NCBI GenBank assembly: GCA_001275005.1
Contig: JWZX01002967.1
Location: 1 to 42,705, forward strand
Reading direction: 5' to 3'
Length of the DNA stretch: 42,705 nt
DNA from: Chrysochromulina tobinii
Lineage: Eukaryota
The number at the start of each line of letters is the position of its first letter. Position 1 is the first letter of the stretch. The position numbers and the translations under genes were made by a program. The notes under the pieces were generated by a model. It searched no databases. It was not told where the DNA came from and saw nothing but the letters and a program-made list of their open reading frames with translations. Of the stretch, positions 28,920-38,666 are shown in pieces.

Positions 28920-29648
28920 TTACTCTTCGCGCACAACTCGGGTCACATCATACGCTTCTGGCAGTGCAGGCACCCGGCCGGCCCGACGCGAGGAGCGATT
29001 GATGAGAGCAGCCCCACGAATGCCGTGGATTCGTGATAGATCAGAAAGGGTGTCCATCAACGCTGACGGTAACAGTGCTGGCGCGCAAAAGCTTCCCGGT
29101 TCCCTGTTCAGCTGATGCCACAACGTGCGAAGGTTCTGAAAGTAAAAGTCGCTCGACTCGTGCTCCTGCTCCTGCTCGTGCGCCGCGTGAATCAATGCGA
29201 GAGACTGTGACGTATTGGTGAGCAGCCTGACAACGTATTCCGAAATAAGGCAGCGGTCCAGCCGCCGCACAGCGTCGCCAGCCCCAAGGGGGTAGTCGTA
29301 AAGGAACCAGCGTGGTGTTGGCCGCAGCGGCAACATCGAGTGAACCACGTGGTCGCGTCTCGCTAGCCCAGGAAGCTCCTCATGCAGCGCTCTCTTCGCG
29401 GTGTCGTCGTCGTTTTCTCGCCCACTATGATGTTCTCCAATTATTGAGAGGGTGCCGGGGCATGTTTTCATCCTCTGGGAGCGTTTCGTGAGCAGCAACT
29501 CATCTTCCGAGCTGAGCACGTGCAGCCATACACCTCGGTGCAGCATACCCCGTCGGTGGGCCAAGTCTATGGGCACGAGCGGAGCGTCGGGAATCCAGCG
29601 TCCGGACGCGTCGATCGGCGCGAGCATGTCGCCACTGGCGAATGGCAT
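28920..29648 (-). CDS. Nudix hydrolase (IDI-1/YfcD-like)
   Basis: AHRRGMLHRGVWLHVL...ELLLTKRS..MKTCPG...DTAKRALHEEL matches the IDI-type Nudix layout. The 5' end may be incomplete. Confidence 0.72.
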   Translation of the reverse strand: MPFASGDMLAPIDASGRWIPDAPLVPIDLAHRRGMLHRGVWLHVLSSEDELLLTKRSQRMKTCPGTLSIIGEHHSGRENDDDTAKRALHEELPGLARRDHVVHSMLPLRPTPRWFLYDYPLGAGDAVRRLDRCLISEYVVRLLTNTSQSLALIHAAHEQEQEHESSDFYFQNLRTLWHQLNREPGSFCAPALLPSALMDTLSDLSRIHGIRGAALINRSSRRAGRVPALPEAYDVTRVVREE

Positions 29649-30114
29649 ACCGGGTACTGTTTCCTAATCGAGCATCATTCATTATGAATTCACACTTCAC
29701 AATTTCACACCTCGTATGCAACGCTTCTCATGCTCGCGATGTGCAACGCATATACACATACATGCCGTTCCAGTCGCAACACATCATCGAGCATCATTCA
29801 CAGCCAATGATTACAACCTCGACATTCAAGACACCGGACCGTCGAACCGGACCGGCGTACATATACGGATGCAATTTCCACTAGCTCGAGGACCCCTGGA
29901 CCCCCTTACCACTACCATTACACTACCATACTCGCTCAACCGCAATTCTCAGGTACGCGCCACTGGGCGCCACGAACCACGTGCTCCGCCATGCAGACGC
30001 AGACCTCAACGCACCAAGACACGTCACAACGCACCCAAATTTGCACACACAAATCCAACCCATCACAACGCGCCAAAAAGGTTCCGGGAGTTGAGTTCCT
30101 TTTGGAGATGACAC

Positions 30115-31590
30115 TCATGCCGCCCCGACAGCGGGCTCCACCCTAACCCGAGCAGCTCCAGGCCTCTTCACGCTCTGCGCATCAATGCTCGTGGCATTGA
30201 TGGTGTTGAGTCGGAGCAAGATATCTGAAGCAGCGATTGCAGCGCCATTTTCTGCGCAGAGCTTCTCGCCGAGGATCGCAGCTCGGGATCGCATGGCCTG
30301 ATCTGTGAGAACCGTGCTCAAGGCGCTCGCGAGCCCCTTGACGGTGACCGAGTGAAACTGGTTGAGGCCGATCCCAACGCCGAGTCTATGTACCTTTTCT
30401 GCCAGCTCCGGCTGATCGACAAAGCAAGGCGTGATGACCGAGGGTATGCCAGAGCGCAACGCAGAGGCGGTCGTCCCTGCTCCTCCATGATGGACGATCG
30501 CTGCGCATTGTGGGAAGAGCCACTCATGCGGAGCATTCGACTCGATGATAAGGACGTTCTTTGCGAGGTACGACCGCAGTTCTTCGACGTCAGGGGCGGT
30601 GCTCTCGTCGATCAGGTTAGCGGAGAGCTTTGCCCAACCTGCGAGGATGACGCCGCGCTTACCGAGGGCCATGAGCACACGCAGCGCCAGAGTCAGCATG
30701 TGGAGGGGTGAGATCGCGACCATGGAACCCCAGCCGATGTAGACAGGTGAATCGGCAGCGTCGAGAAACGCGCATAGCTCAACGGATGGCGGCCAAGCCT
30801 TGACCTGCTCCTGCGCGCTCAGGATGAAGGCCCCGAGCACGCGTTTGCGCTCTGCAGCGGGCCAGTCGCGCGGGGCCGGCGACAATAGTGGCGACCGTGC
30901 GATGATGAGCGAGCAACCTGCGGCGCTGCCCATGCAGATGTCCATCTTCTGCGAGGTGCTGAGTGGACGGAGGCCGAGCTTCTTGACACGCCACTTCGTG
31001 TCGCGAAAAATCGGGGCATATATCATCAGGAGCGAGAAGGCATGCCACGTTGCTCTTCGTAAGAAGAAGGGTAGCTTGCGGAACAGTTTGGGAGATATGA
31101 GAAGGCATGGCTCGAACGCAGATGGCGACCCAGTCATCTGCATGCTCACCAACGTGGACGAAACATTGAGCACCTCGGCGGCCGTCGCGCCTTGCGCTGC
31201 AAAAAGGGTATTGTACACTATGTGGTCTGCGGGGAAGTGGTTGAGTAGGTCGCTGAGCACAAGGTCGGCATCACTCAACGTCTTGTCAAGGTGCTTGGGC
31301 TGCGAGACTCCTTGCATGAACTTGAAGAAGTTGCCACGGCTCATTGCATCTCGTACAACGGGATCCGATTCAAGGAGCTTCTTGACGCTAAGATGCGGCA
31401 TCCCAAAGAAGTCGATGAGCGGCCGTGCCAATGGTGTGATGAAGGTGGCACATAGTTCCTCCATCTCGGCCGGAGCATAGAGACGCACGCGCGCACCCTT
31501 TGCCTGAAGTGCCAGCGCAAGCGCAATGAATGGCTGGCAGTCTCCTTGCGAGCCCATGCACATTATGGCAACGTTGGGCGTGGTGTGCAT
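30115..31590 (-). CDS. GT1 glycosyltransferase, sterol 3-beta-glucosyltransferase (UGT80/Atg26)-like
   Basis: MGSQGDCQPFIALALAL (GSRGDVQP motif), PVYIGWGSM, APHEWLFPQCAAIVHHGGAGTTASALRSGIPSVITPCFVDQP. Likely ATG at 31590. Confidence 0.9.
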   Translation of the reverse strand: MHTTPNVAIMCMGSQGDCQPFIALALALQAKGARVRLYAPAEMEELCATFITPLARPLIDFFGMPHLSVKKLLESDPVVRDAMSRGNFFKFMQGVSQPKHLDKTLSDADLVLSDLLNHFPADHIVYNTLFAAQGATAAEVLNVSSTLVSMQMTGSPSAFEPCLLISPKLFRKLPFFLRRATWHAFSLLMIYAPIFRDTKWRVKKLGLRPLSTSQKMDICMGSAAGCSLIIARSPLLSPAPRDWPAAERKRVLGAFILSAQEQVKAWPPSVELCAFLDAADSPVYIGWGSMVAISPLHMLTLALRVLMALGKRGVILAGWAKLSANLIDESTAPDVEELRSYLAKNVLIIESNAPHEWLFPQCAAIVHHGGAGTTASALRSGIPSVITPCFVDQPELAEKVHRLGVGIGLNQFHSVTVKGLASALSTVLTDQAMRSRAAILGEKLCAENGAAIAASDILLRLNTINATSIDAQSVKRPGAARVRVEPAVGAA

Positions 31591-31831
31591 GTGCGCCGCG
31601 CGCGCCGCAGGGAAGAGCGCGAGCCGACGAGTGCGCCGGTGGCAAACTTGGCGATTTGACGATTGATGCACTTCCACAATCCGACAGAAGTCGTACTGCT
31701 TTGCATCCGGGCACGCAGTCCTGCAGGCCGCCGCCAGCAAGAAACCACATCTGAGTTTGTCATGTATTGCCACTGTGGCGCGATCGGTGGCAATGTAACC
31801 GGCAAGCGGATTCTGTGGAAAGAATCGCAAG

Positions 31832-32548
31832 ATGTCGGAGGGCCACATGCTGGCCTACGAGCGTGCTGCAAACACGGCAGTGCGTGCACTGAAGGCCGTG
31901 TTCGGCACGAGCACCGACGTGCGCCCGCTGGCGGAGCTGCAGCAACATCTCTCGCTGCCAGACGAGTGGACGACCGCGCGACTTGTACCGCGGCTGCTTG
32001 GCAACGCCCTGCACTTTCGAGCGAACTACGGCCGTCTGCTGGCGGTGTGGTGCACGGTGTGCGCTGTGAGGCACCCGATCGGAGCGTTTTGGGTGGTTCT
32101 CATCAGCGTCGTCTCCTTCCACGCATTGCTCGTGCGCCGTGGCATAGTTCACATAACGCTGCCTGGCTGCCCATCGGTGACACTGATGTTCCCGCAGCTG
32201 CATTTGCTGCTCGCTGTTGGCAGTGCGCTTGCTGTGCTCTTGATCGGGCGCTTATCATTTGTGCTATACATGGCAATGCCTCCGATGCTGCTCGCGGCGG
32301 CGCACGCGATCGTGCGCGTGCCCCCCAGTCGTGCTGAAATCGATTGCCTTGCGATGAAGCTTAGCAGCGAGCTCAAGGCCGCACTCCGAGGCGAGGAGGC
32401 CGACGAGACCGACGAGCTCGAGACGGGTGCCGCCGACCAGGAGCCACCGGAACGAAGCGATGAACTTGCCAAGCGCGTCGAGCAGATACGAGCCAAATAT
32501 CGGCCACCATCCTCTGCCAAATATGGGAGGAGCACCAAGGCCGATTGA
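31832..32548 (+). CDS. PRA1 (prenylated Rab acceptor 1) family membrane protein
   Basis: VRPLAEL...LSLP...RLLGNALHFRANY matches the PRA1 RP..EF / R...N..YF..NY signature. Two long hydrophobic hairpins and LLAAAHAIVR follow. Confidence 0.75.
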   Translation: MSEGHMLAYERAANTAVRALKAVFGTSTDVRPLAELQQHLSLPDEWTTARLVPRLLGNALHFRANYGRLLAVWCTVCAVRHPIGAFWVVLISVVSFHALLVRRGIVHITLPGCPSVTLMFPQLHLLLAVGSALAVLLIGRLSFVLYMAMPPMLLAAAHAIVRVPPSRAEIDCLAMKLSSELKAALRGEEADETDELETGAADQEPPERSDELAKRVEQIRAKYRPPSSAKYGRSTKAD

Positions 32549-33197
32549 CATGGCCGGTTGAGCGCCAGGGCGCGTGGCTGATGTGGCTCCTGGCCGTGCC
32601 TTATGTGGCTCAGTGATTGCCGCTTCGCTCCTCGAGAGAATAGACTACGTCATGCTGTAAACCATCGCTTCCGCAGCGTCGGATCAAATGTTACGAGCGT
32701 GCAGCGGAGCGACGCGGCACCCGGCAGGTATCGGGTACACGCCGCTCGGCCCGCGTCGAGGCCCGCGCCGGACAGCCGCGCCGCGGGCGGCTGCCAACAC
32801 GGCGCCCACGGCGCGGGCGGCTCACACGCCTATCAGTGATTCCTCGACGGACACTCGGCACACTCGTGTTCGACCGCGGGCAAGGGAAAACGCAGGTCTT
32901 AGCTCTTACGCAGGTCGAATAGAACGCGCGGGATAGAGCGTAGGATCAAATAGAACGCGCCTTTAACATGTCCACGCTACACACAGTCCTCCGTGGCTGA
33001 CGCCGCTCGGTGAAGGAACAGACGCTGCCTGGTGCGCCTCGCATCCACACTTTTTAAGAACCGCGCGACCACAGTTGCCCGCGCGCAAGGCGAATAATAA
33101 CGAGAGCCACCCGCCCGTCATGCGCCACACGCACCGTGTCATGCCCTGCTGCCTGCCAGCAGGCCAGCAGGCGCTCGCAGATCGCGCCAGCCTAAGC

Positions 33198-34112
33198 TCA
33201 GGGAGCCCACACGTTGTTCTTGATCTCCTTCTCGATCTCGGCACGCAGCTCGGGCTCGCGCGCGAGGATCTCGCCGATGGTCACGTCGGCGACGCCCACC
33301 ACATCCAGCTCGAGCTTCTCCATGTCCGCGACGACCTGCAGCAGGCCGGCCTCCGCCGCCTTCTCCTCCTTGGTCGCGAGCTCCAACAGACCATCTTTGC
33401 CCTCGAAGGCAGCGTTCCACTGCTTCAGAACCGCCTCAATCTCCTGAGTGCCCTTCGTGTCGGCCTGCGCCTTCTTGAGCTCCGTCTCAAAGATCTGCGC
33501 GGGAGGCGGACGCAGCGAATCGGGTGAGCAGAAAATGCGGCCGTGCCGGCGCGACGGCAACAGCTCGAGGTGGCAGCTTGCAGCAGCACGTAAGGGGTGA
33601 GGCAACAGTGGCGGGCTGCGGCATACCCCCTGGACCTCCTTGAGGATGGCCGCGTCGATCTTGCCCTCATACGCCGAGAAGTTGGCCACCTGCCCCCCAG
33701 CCATCTCGTTGGACCACAGCGACGCCTGCGTGTTGAGCTTCAGCGCCATCTGCGGTTCAGGGGAAAGAGCGTCAGGCACAGGACCACACGGGGCAAGGCA
33801 TGCGCATCGGGCCAGCCGAGCGCGGTCGCCGCCGGGGTATCAATGCGGGGCGTTCGACCCTCAGCCCACCTTGCGCGCTTCATCGCTGAAATCCATCGAT
33901 GCCGAGAGCAGAGTCGGGTCGACAGTGCCTTTGGAGAGAGCAGCCGAGAAGGCCTCGGTCGTGTAGCCGCCGACGGTCTTCTGGCTGATCTTCGCCTTCA
34001 TGACGGCCAGGTCCGCACGCACCTGGTCCACGAGCGGCACCGCCGGCGCGCACAGGTTGCGCGCCAGGGCCGGTCGCCGCAGCGCGGTTGCCAAGCGGCT
34101 CCGAGTCAGCAT
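33198..34112 (-). CDS. Mitochondrial ATP synthase subunit d-like; exons 34112..33870, 33749..33627, 33494..33198
   Basis: Arg-rich presequence MLTRSRLATALRRPALARNLC. Two phase-0 GT-AG introns (33750..33869 and 33495..33626). NFSAYEGKI and the C-terminal TIGEILAREPELRAEIEKEIKNNVW resemble subunit d. Confidence 0.68.
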
Positions 34113-34256
34113 TGCAGAGAAAGAGTTGCGCTTGATGGAGGTCGCAATCAAACTCGGGAGGAGAGAAGTTTGTCTCGGAGGCGTCCTTCATTCCAGCAAA
34201 AGTTGATTGTTCTCGTCATTTAGAATCCTTTTCGGAAGGGCAAGTTTACGCCGCTC

Positions 34257-36654
34257 ATGGACGTCGGAAGCGCGTCCACCATGATGGCTCACTCGCGCAC
34301 GATCCTCGATGCGCTTTCCACGCACGAGGTGCTCATCATCGTCGGCGAGACGGGCTCGGGCAAGACCACACAGCTGCCGCAGCTGCTCCTGTCCGCCGGC
34401 TGCGCGCGCGTCGTCGTGACCCAGCCAAGGCGCGTCGCGGCGATTGCGGCGGCGCGGCGCGTTTCGGAGGAGCGCGGAGGCGTGGTGGGCAGCGAGGTAG
34501 GCTACGCCGTGCGATTCGATCAGGCGTGCTCGTCGGCAACGCGGATCACCTTCATGACGGACGGCGTGCTGCTCCGGCAGGCTGTCGCAACGCCCGAGCT
34601 TGAGCAGTTCGACGCGCTTGTGCTCGACGAGGCGCACGAGCGCTCGCTCAACACGGACGTGCTCTTCTGTCTGGTGAAGCGCATGCTTGCCAGCCGACGC
34701 GAGCGTAGCAGCATAGGACTCTCGCCGCCAGCGCCGCTGCGCGCCAGCGGTGGACTGCAACGCGTGCTCATTGCGTCGGCCACGCTCGACACTGCCAAGC
34801 TGGCGCGCTACTTTTTCGACGCGCCCGTGCTGCACGTGCCCGGCCGGCGCTTCCCCGTCAGTGTGCTGCATGCGGCCGAACCCACCTCGAGCCACGCCCT
34901 CGTCGACGCGGCGCTCGAGCTTGTACTTCGGTTGCACGTGGAGCGTCCACTTCGTCGCGCGGCAGGATGCGAGGGCGATCGGGGCGTTGATGAGTTCGCC
35001 GAGCGCGGCGTGGCGGCCGACGATGTGCTCGTGTTTTGCACGGGGCAGGAGGAGATTGCAACCGCGGCGCACGCGCTGACGGCGCTTGAGGCGCAGCTGC
35101 GGGAGGACGGGCCGGCTGCTGTGGCGCCGCTCTTGGTGCTGCCTCTCCATGCGACGCTGTCGGTCGAGGAGCAGCAAAGGGTCTTTGCGCCCGCGCCCTT
35201 GGGCAGCCGCAAGGTGGTGTTCGCCACCAACGTGGCCGAGACGTCCCTGACGATCCCGGGGATCGGATTCGTCATCGATCCGGGATTCGTCAAGGAGAAG
35301 CGGTACGACCACGAGCGCGGTATGGAGGTGCTCACAGTCGTCCCCATCGCAAAGAGCGCCGCGACGCAGCGTGCGGGCCGTGCGGGGCGCACCGCGCCGG
35401 GCCACGTGTACCGGCTCTACACGGAGGCACAGTGGGCCAAGATGGACGTGGAGCAGTTGCCCGAGGTGGAGCAGTTGCTCGTACCAACCTCGTGCACGTC
35501 GCGTGCATGCACGTGCTCACCACGGCGCTCGCACCTCTTCCCCACAGGTGGCTCGTACCAACCTCGCGCACGTCGTGCTCCAGCTGAAGGCGATCGGGCT
35601 TCATGACGTGGCCTCTCTCGAGTGGCTGGACCCACCGGAGCCACTCGCCCTCCGGCGCGCCCTGCGGCTGCTCTTCCTTCTCGGTGCCCTCGACGTCGAC
35701 GGTGCGCTGACGGCACACGGGCGATCGATGGCGCGTCTGCCGCTCGAGCCCAGCCTAGGGTGCATGCTGCTCGCGGCGGCCGCCGCGGAGTGCGCGCCCG
35801 CCGCCGCTTCGATCTGCGCGATGGCATGCGGCGAGGAACCTTACTGCCGCTCGGGCCGGCCAGAGGTGCTCAAGGCCGCTGAAGCCACCCGGGAGCGCCT
35901 CGAGAGCCCCGACGGCGACCACATCTCGCTGCTTCACCTTTTCGACGAGTGGTCGGCGGTGGCGCCCGGCGCGCGCACCGATTGGTGCCACGCGCACGGC
36001 GTGCGCGCGCGCGTCTTGCGCACGGCGAGCGACGTGCAGCGGCAGCTGCTGCAGCTGCTCCGCGGGGCGGGCATGTGTGGTGAGCCCGAGAGGCAGGCGA
36101 GGATCAGCAGCGCCGAGGTGAGCATACGCTGTCGACGAGCCCTCGCCCAGGGCTACTACTTCCACGCCGCACGTCGTATGCGGGGTACCCTCATCTTCCA
36201 GACCCTCAGTGAGCCTCCACAGTCCCTACAGTTACACGCTGGCGGCGCCGGAGGGGGCGGAGGAGGCGGCGGCGGCGGCGGTAGGCACGATGACGGTGGC
36301 GCGCGCGAGCCGCCCTCGTCCACACGCCTGCGCCATGCGGAATTCGTCGTCTACAGCGAGCTTGCGTGGGCGGGGCGGCCGGTCATGCTGCGCGCGAGCG
36401 CCGTCGAGTGGGAGTGGATCGAGCCCCACCTGCCAAAGCTTCAGGCCGTTGACGAGAAGAGGCTCCTCGGTGTGCGCAGTGCAGGCGATGCCGAGCCTCC
36501 TGTAGCGGCCTGCGGCGACGGCAGTGTCGACGGCAGTGGTAATGGCAGTGCTCCTCGTGCCTCCGCCGTACCTGAGCAGCGGCGCAATGGTGAGAGCGCC
36601 GTCACAGCCGCGCGGCAGCGATATCAGGAACGCAAGCGATTGCGCAGCGCGTAA
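34257..36654 (+). CDS. DEAH-box RNA helicase (Prp22/DHX8/DHX40-like); exons 34257..35465 and 35548..36654
   Basis: GETGSGKTTQ, TQPRRVAA, LDEAHER, SAT, ATNVAETSLTIPGI, QRAGRAGR. The intron at 35466..35547 restores PE|VARTNLAHVVLQLKAIG. HA2 segment GRSMARLPLEP. Confidence 0.95.
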
Positions 36655-37231
36655 GGTGACGCGCTCGCGATCACGCCGCACCCCAAAACGGACCGGGAAG
36701 CCACACGCGACACGCGCGGTGGGTAATACCGCGGCTTTAGCCTGCGTCGACGCGCGTCGATTGGATCTCAGACCAACCCGGGGGCGCTCCCGCACAGCGC
36801 CCACTCTGTATACCGACCCGACAAAATCATTACGTACTCCGATGTTCCACACGACGGTGTAAAACGTCGCGACGTCGTTGTATAATATTTCGTGTCGACG
36901 TGTAAAGTTGATGATTCTCCACCGCGCGCAGGCTGGTAGTTCACCAGCCGCGCACGCGGCACGCGCCGGATCGAACCGTGGCGCTGGCGGTACCTCGCAT
37001 CGCGGATTTCTACGACACGAGTCACACCGACTCGACGACGCACCGGCACACCCGCCCTCACAGGACTTTTGGTTCGGACTTGCCGACTCCCGCAGGATGA
37101 TTGTGCACATAATTGTACTCTAGTGGATTGTGACCAGACTGATGCTCATGGTCCCGTCTGGGACTGCGGCTGGGCGACCGCCTCGGTGGTACTCGGCTAC
37201 TCGCGCTCTCAGCTGGCTCTGGTACTAGCTC

Positions 37232-38425
37232 TTAGATGGGTGACCGCTCCAATAAACTGGAGAATTCAGGGAGCAGTTCTTCCTCGCCGAGCCTCGTCGG
37301 GACGTTCTCGCCGCTGGCGCTCAGCTGGCCGTCGCCTGCTGCATGTGTCGCCTGGATCGGCCCGGGCAGGTCGTCCGGCTCCGCATCGCTGCTCAAAAGG
37401 GCCTGGTCGGCATACAGAGCGGCGTCCAGAGCGGCATCCAGAGCGGGGATGCTGATGATGATCTTCTTTGGCGTGTACTTCCAAAGGTGCGCATCCCTGT
37501 CAGTCAGGTTCAAGGGGACCTCGTCGTCGTCTGAGTCCCCCAAGCACAAGCTCTCAACCTTGTCATCAGTGTCCCATTTGGGCGCACCCGTCCGCCCACC
37601 GCGCGCCTTGCGTTCGACCCAGCTGAACTTCTCGGAGTTCCTCTGCTCCTCCGTGAGCTGCTTGGGTGCGCGCACCATGCGCGGCCCGTTCAATACGGGC
37701 GGCTCCGTAACCAAGTCGCCGCTCAGACGCAGCCACTTTCCAGGCTCAGTGCTCGACCCGAAGTAATCGGCTCCCTCGAATTTCACGAGCGGCGGCCGTG
37801 GTTCTCGCGGCGCTGGTGGAGTCTCTCCGCGCCATGGGCCGCGCATATCAAAGCTAAGGACGCGCACCTGCGAAAGTTTGAGGTTCAAAAGATTGATCAC
37901 TTGCTGCGCCTGATGCTTCGTGACGTCGGCTCCGTCGAGCTTCACCAGCGCCCAGCCCACTTGTATCTGATCCAAAAACGGAGACGTCGGCAACACCTTG
38001 TTCACCGTGGGCGGTAACTCGCCGTTGCCTTCAAACCCGATTCCAATCTTTCCGGGTGGAGCCGTGAGGACGAACTCTACGGGCGGAGCCACAACGTCTT
38101 CAGGTAGAGGCACTGCAACCGCCTCTTCTTTCGGCTCTGTCTGCGAGGCTTTGGGCGAGAGGAACGATCTGGCCGAGGCGATAACACGGCCCGAAAAGGA
38201 TCTCTTGGGCGTGCCGGACCCTGGCGGAGAAGCAGCGGCGGCGGCCGGCGGCTCGGAAGCAACTGTAGCCAACTCTGCATCCTGCGACGCGCCGAGCTGC
38301 ACGCCCAGTTCGGGGCGTCGACAACAACAACGGATGGTGCTTAATCGAAAGTCTCGAAGGCGCATGAGCTTTCGAGAGGGGGCAGCACGGCCCGTGTCCT
38401 GCCGACGTCCATCTTGCGTCCCCAT
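37232..38425 (-). CDS. PDZ-domain protein
   Basis: LTAPPGKIGIGF...TVNKVLPTSPFLDQIQVGWALVKLDGADVT...QVINLL fits a PDZ domain. A CCC cluster lies near the N-terminus. Start uncertain. Confidence 0.72.
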   Translation of the reverse strand: MGTQDGRRQDTGRAAPSRKLMRLRDFRLSTIRCCCRRPELGVQLGASQDAELATVASEPPAAAAASPPGSGTPKRSFSGRVIASARSFLSPKASQTEPKEEAVAVPLPEDVVAPPVEFVLTAPPGKIGIGFEGNGELPPTVNKVLPTSPFLDQIQVGWALVKLDGADVTKHQAQQVINLLNLKLSQVRVLSFDMRGPWRGETPPAPREPRPPLVKFEGADYFGSSTEPGKWLRLSGDLVTEPPVLNGPRMVRAPKQLTEEQRNSEKFSWVERKARGGRTGAPKWDTDDKVESLCLGDSDDDEVPLNLTDRDAHLWKYTPKKIIISIPALDAALDAALYADQALLSSDAEPDDLPGPIQATHAAGDGQLSASGENVPTRLGEEELLPEFSSLLERSPI

Positions 38426-38666
38426 TCTGCGTCAAAGACCAAAGGGAGCGCGGGTGTGGACTGAAGCTCCCAATTCGGTCTTCGGTTTTTCAACACGGAT
38501 CACGTCTTGTACCACGTACCGGTAGAGTCTCGCATGACCGGAGGACGCGTCGACGTGCAGCTAATCATGCGAGTTTGTACACTTGTACGCCGGTCCGATG
38601 TCTAGGGTGTCGAGTTCACAACCATTGGCTGTGGAAAAATGTCGAAATCATATTGTGTGACCGGAG

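Noticed and set aside
28920..29648. Calling this gene IPP isomerase (idi)
   Set aside because: The catalytic Cys motif (NxxCxHP) is replaced by SIIGEHH, so only a generic Nudix call is supported.
29990..30080. Degenerate caacgcacc-like repeats and ORF 29716..30111
   Set aside because: Short, irregular low-complexity sequence with no defined unit or coding signal.
4101..32548. GDI and PRA1 as a Rab-cycle gene cluster
   Set aside because: They are about 26 kb apart with many unrelated genes between them, and the GDI may not be cytosolic.
32917..32961. Direct repeat aatagaacgcgc x2 in the spacer between convergent genes
   Set aside because: Only a 12-bp pair around about 20 bp of sequence; not enough to call a TSD or regulatory site.
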